Origin: Felis catus
Taxonomy: Eukaryota
DNA length: 64,000 nucleotides
Direction of reading: 5' to 3'
Assembly (NCBI RefSeq): GCF_018350175.1
Contig: NC_058377.1
Span: 96,348,001-96,412,000, forward strand
Of the stretch, positions 59,356 to 64,000 are shown in pieces. Under the pieces are notes generated by a model, which was not told the DNA's origin, did not search any database, and saw nothing but the letters and a program-made list of their open reading frames with translations. Every line of letters begins with the position of its first letter. Positions within the stretch are counted from its first letter, which is position 1. A program made the position numbers and the translations under genes.

Positions 59356-59992
59356 TTTTTTTTTTTAAGGTTTTATTTATTTTTGAAAGAGAGCACAAAC
59401 GGGGGAGATGCAGAGAGAGAAGGGGACAGAGGATCAGAAGCAGTCTCTGTGCTGAAACTCATGAACTGCGAGATCATGGCTAGAGCCGAAGTCAGACACT
59501 CAACTGACTTGAGCCACCCAGACGCCCCCGGGGAAATTATATTAAAAAATTTTTTTAAATGTTTGTTTATTTATTTTTTTTTTCAACGTTTATTTATTTT
59601 TGGGACAGAGAGAGACAGAGCATGAACGGGGGAGGGCCAGAGAGAGAGGGAGACACAGAATCGGAAACAGGCTCCAGGCTCTGAGCCATCAGCCCAGAGC
59701 CCGACGCGGGGCTCGAACTCACAGACCGCGAGATCGTGACCTGGCTGAAGTCGGACGCTTAACCAACTGCGCCACCCAGGCGCCCCAATGTTTGTTTATT
59801 TTTGAGACAATGCAAGAGACAGAGTGTAAGCGGCTAAGGGGCAGAGAGAGAGGGAGACACAGAATCCGAAACAGGCTCCAAGCTCTGAGCTGTCAGCACA
59901 GAGCCCGACGTGGGGCTTGAACTCACAAACCATGAGATCATGACCTGAGCCAAATATCGGACGCCCAACCGACTGAGCCATTCAGGTGCCCC
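59081..59992 (-). mobile_element. Cluster of four CAN-SINEs (59081-59278, 59355-59529, and 59573-59786 nested in 59544-59992)
   Basis: Four heads; nested copy flanked by TSD aatgtttgtttattt. Confidence 0.9.
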
Positions 59993-61065
59993 AAGAAATT
60001 ATATTTCTAAAGAATTTTTCTAGTTCATCTAAGTTTTCAAATACCTTGGCGTAAGTTTATTGATATCATCTTATCTTTTAAATCCAGGCAGCATTTCGAG
60101 TTATGTTCCCCTTTTCATTCTAGATATTTATTTGTGCTTTTTTCCTCTTTATCTTGATTAATCCTACCAGAATTATATCAGATGTCAATTTTATTCATTT
60201 TTTTAAAAAAGCAAACTTTAGCTTTGTTGATGCTTTCTGTTTTGTTTAATTAGTTAATTACTGTGTTTTTATTACTTCCTTCTACTTAGGTTTATTTTGT
60301 TGTGATAGTGCCTTTCTCATAGTCTGTAACTTGTGAACATTTGTAAGCTCATGTGTGGATTCTATTTTTGTTCCATTAATCCCACTTTTGTTACATATGA
60401 AATCAGTTTTTTTCTAAACTATGGGTGTCTAAATTATTGGCTGATTGAACTGATCTAGTAGGTAAGGCCAGAATTTTAACAAAAGCAGTAGAATAGCAAT
60501 GGAAAAAATTTAGTATTCATTACATATTCTATGGCTAGTGCTGTATACTAAGATTAAATGTTTTGTCAAGCTTTTATTTCAAATACAAACACACACACAC
60601 ACACACACACATGCACACACCTGTGTCTGTACTGGGTCAATATAAAATGTAAAATGCATTTCTTATGGCAGGTTTTAGTTAAAAAAAAAAAAAAACCTTG
60701 AAAGCCACTGTGTTAAATTGGTTTGTTTAATTTCAGTAAAGACTTCAAACCTGTTTGCACAAAATAAACACCGAGGAGCCTGCTAAACTGACAGATTCTA
60801 TGACCCTATTTTAGACCTGCTAATACAAAGCTCCCGCACTGGGGCCAAGGACTGTTTTGTAACAAGCGGTCTCTGTGATTCTCACCCGTTGGGTGTTCGA
60901 GAACCACTGATTCAGGCTGTAAATACACCCGGAGAGCCTGTGGGACGTTCTAACTTGCGGCAGTGAAGGCCGTGGAGCGTGCAGCTGGCTCCTGGCACAC
61001 ATTTGTCCTGAAACTTCCTGTCTTCTAAGTCGCGCAGAGACCCAAGAGTGTGGCAAGAAAGCTAC

Positions 61066-61087
61066 GGGGGGGGGGGGGGGGGGGGGG
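61066..61087. repeat. Poly-G run
   Basis: About 21 consecutive G. Confidence 0.9.
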
Positions 61088-61779
61088 CGGGGCTGGCAGT
61101 GGTAGGGAGTAGGGGCAAACTGGTTGTTAGAATGGCAGAAAAAGTGAAATCACTCCCATCTTCCTGGACCCAATGAGTATATATTGGATGACTGATGTAT
61201 ATTCCCCAATGATGATAATGTTTGAGCTTAAAATGTGTGCACTTTCGTGCATCAGTCTGTGACCAGGAAATTTTCTAGGTTCTAACTCATGGTCTCAAGA
61301 GATGGAAGTTGACGTCGTTCATGACTATTTACATTTTGCCCAAAAAGCTGATAAGGGTTACAGCATTCAAAGCTTGGCGGTATTCAGCTAGCTGGGCAGG
61401 GGGCAGTTTTGTGGTCTGGGCAGCAGTTGGGGAGAGCTCCATTTAGCCAAAGTAAAAATGGCTGTTAACCTTTACGATGGTCTGTGGACTCCTCAGTTAT
61501 TTTCCCTTTTTATTAATAGCTTTCCTGCAAGACCAGTGAGTGGAATGAGGCCATTTCATAGGCTGGGACTTTGACACTTGGCATGCCACAGTAGCTTACT
61601 GAAGTAACCTCGTGGGTCTGTGAGGCGTGGCGCCACCCACGTGGCTCTGCCCTCCCTACAGTATCTAGGCATCGGATGGGGCAGGTTTGTCTGGTAAGGA
61701 TCCTAAGTTGTGATCTACAATGAAAGTCTGTTTTCAGTTGAGGACTAAGAATTTTCTATCAGTCAGCGACGGTTATTGG

Positions 61780-62172
61780 CTGTTTCATTTACGTATTGCT
61801 GTATGACAAACCAACCCCAAGTGTTGTGGCTTAAATGACAGTAACAACCATGGATTTGCTCCAGATTCTGGGGTTGGTTCTTACCTCTTCCACAGAGTTT
61901 CCACTGGGGTCTCCCTGCAGTTGCCCTCAGCTGGGAGCCCAGCTTCCTTGCGGTGTGGCAGCCGGAGTCCCAGAGGACAAAAGCAGCCGCTGCGGAGTCT
62001 CTTAAGGCCTGAGCTCAGAAGCCCTCGAATGTCACTTCTGCCACATTCTCTTGGTCAGAGCAAGTCACGAGGCTAGCCCAGATTCACATTCTGCCTTTTG
62101 ATGGGAAAAGCAGCACGCACCCTCAAAGATGTAGATTGCTGGCACCAATCTTTGGAAATCGATCCACCACAT
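61780..62172 (-). mobile_element. MLT1-type MaLR LTR
   Basis: tattgctgtatgacaaacc...gtggcttaaa...gtcacttctgccacattct...gcaagtcacgaggc...cccagattca. Confidence 0.65.
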
Positions 62173-62920
62173 TGAGCTTTCTTCCCTCCTCCCGGTCTCC
62201 CTGTGCTCTTCTTCATTCCTTCCTTCTATCCGAGCGTGTCATCTGTCACCTTCATTGTGAAGCAGCAGCACCAATGTGTATTTTACTTAAAGATTAATCT
62301 TTTCTTCTCTAACAACCCTTGGCACTTCATTGATACTTTCCTAGTGATATTTTTACATTTGGCATTTTGTTAGAGTTTTGCCTTACCTCCCCCAGTGGAA
62401 TATCCGTTCCCATGAGGTGGGGCCTTTGCTTTCCTCCTCGTTTCCTGCACAGTGCATGGTGGGTGCCTGCTCACCCGGGGCTGCTTGGGTAAGTGAATGA
62501 AAGCAGATTTTAGAATAACCAAGAGTCAGCTTGTCTAGATGAAGCATCAGTTTCTATTGGGCAAGTGTTAGAGAAAACAAAGCAAAACAACTATCTAGCT
62601 ATTCTGCTTTTGATGTTTCTTCCTTGGTCAGAGCCCCTCTTCCTAGGCCCCACACATTTACCAGTTAATGCTTTCCTTGTATGTATAATTATAGGCTATA
62701 GTTCTCTTTTTATATTTATCAATATTTATGTTTAGTATGTGTAGTATTAAATATGTCATGTAGCATTTAATGCACAAATATATATTTGCCTATGTTTATG
62801 AGAAGGGTCAAAAATCCCTTTTCGTTATTTCATCAAATCACTTTAGGGAAAGAAATAGGTATACTAAGTCATTTGCCACCCTAAAGACTTCATTTTTCTC
62901 GTTTCTCCCCCTGGAACTAG

Positions 62921-63487
<567 letters not shown>

Positions 63488-63895
63488 TAGCTAGTACTTT
63501 CACAGACGGGAGCGCAGTCCTTGGGGAACTAAAGGGAAGGCCAGGGAGAGGGAGTGGTTCTTCTCTTGATCTGGCTCCAGCTGCTGTCTCTTTGCTCGAG
63601 GGAGGGCATGCGTGTGAGTGACTGACTTGGGGGACGAGGCCAACGCCATAAGCACCTGGCCTGTGTTCCAGTGAAAAGCATTTGGCCATCAGTGCTATTG
63701 CTGTGGGCTCTCAGCATCTCAGAGTTTAGAATCTAAGGATGGCTTATCTTCCCACACCTTTCCTTTTATGCTTAAATGTTCCCTCTTGGTTACTTACACA
63801 ATACATGTTCACTGTAAAAAGTCTGAAAATACAAGGAAGCAAAAAGAAGAACGTAAGGTTTGTTCCATGATGCTGCTGTGATGTTTCCGGTCACT

Positions 63896-64000
63896 TTTTA
63901 AAAAATGTTTTATTTGTTTTTTGAGAGAGAGAGTGCGAGTAGGGCAGGGGCAGAGAGACTGGGGGACAGGGGATCTGAAGCGGGCTCTATGCTGAGAGGC
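63896..64000 (-). mobile_element. CAN-SINE 3' part, cut by the window edge
   Basis: T tail and GA linker. Confidence 0.75.

Overview
Mammalian genomic DNA, almost certainly a felid (dense CAN-SINEs of the cat SINEC_Fc type), from a draft assembly with two N-gaps. The window holds the conserved ACCSL-ACCS-EXT2 block, all on the + strand. ACCSL is intact (14 coding exons, 12779-23203, 572 aa by manual splicing). ACCS is intact (CpG-island non-coding exon plus 14 coding exons, 29592-43418, 502 aa). EXT2 is present as its 5' part (CpG-island exon 1 and first coding exon 62951-63486) and continues beyond the window. ACCS and ACCSL are tandem paralogues of plant ACC synthase (PLP fold type I) with 12 identically sized internal exons; their physiological reaction in animals is unknown. 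The rest is mostly repeats: about 30 CAN-SINEs (many with TSDs, several nested or inverted), L1/L2/MIR fragments, hAT and Tigger MITEs, ERV-L/MaLR LTRs and a decayed ERV-L provirus in EXT2 intron 1. No prokaryotic-type system is present. The most interesting leads are the orphan enzyme pair, an orphan CpG island upstream of ACCSL, reading-frame peculiarities of short introns, a stop-free circRNA candidate in ACCS and in-frame open leaders in EXT2 and ACCS. Exon boundaries were read by hand; repeat family names come from recalled consensus sequences and need RepeatMasker/Dfam confirmation.
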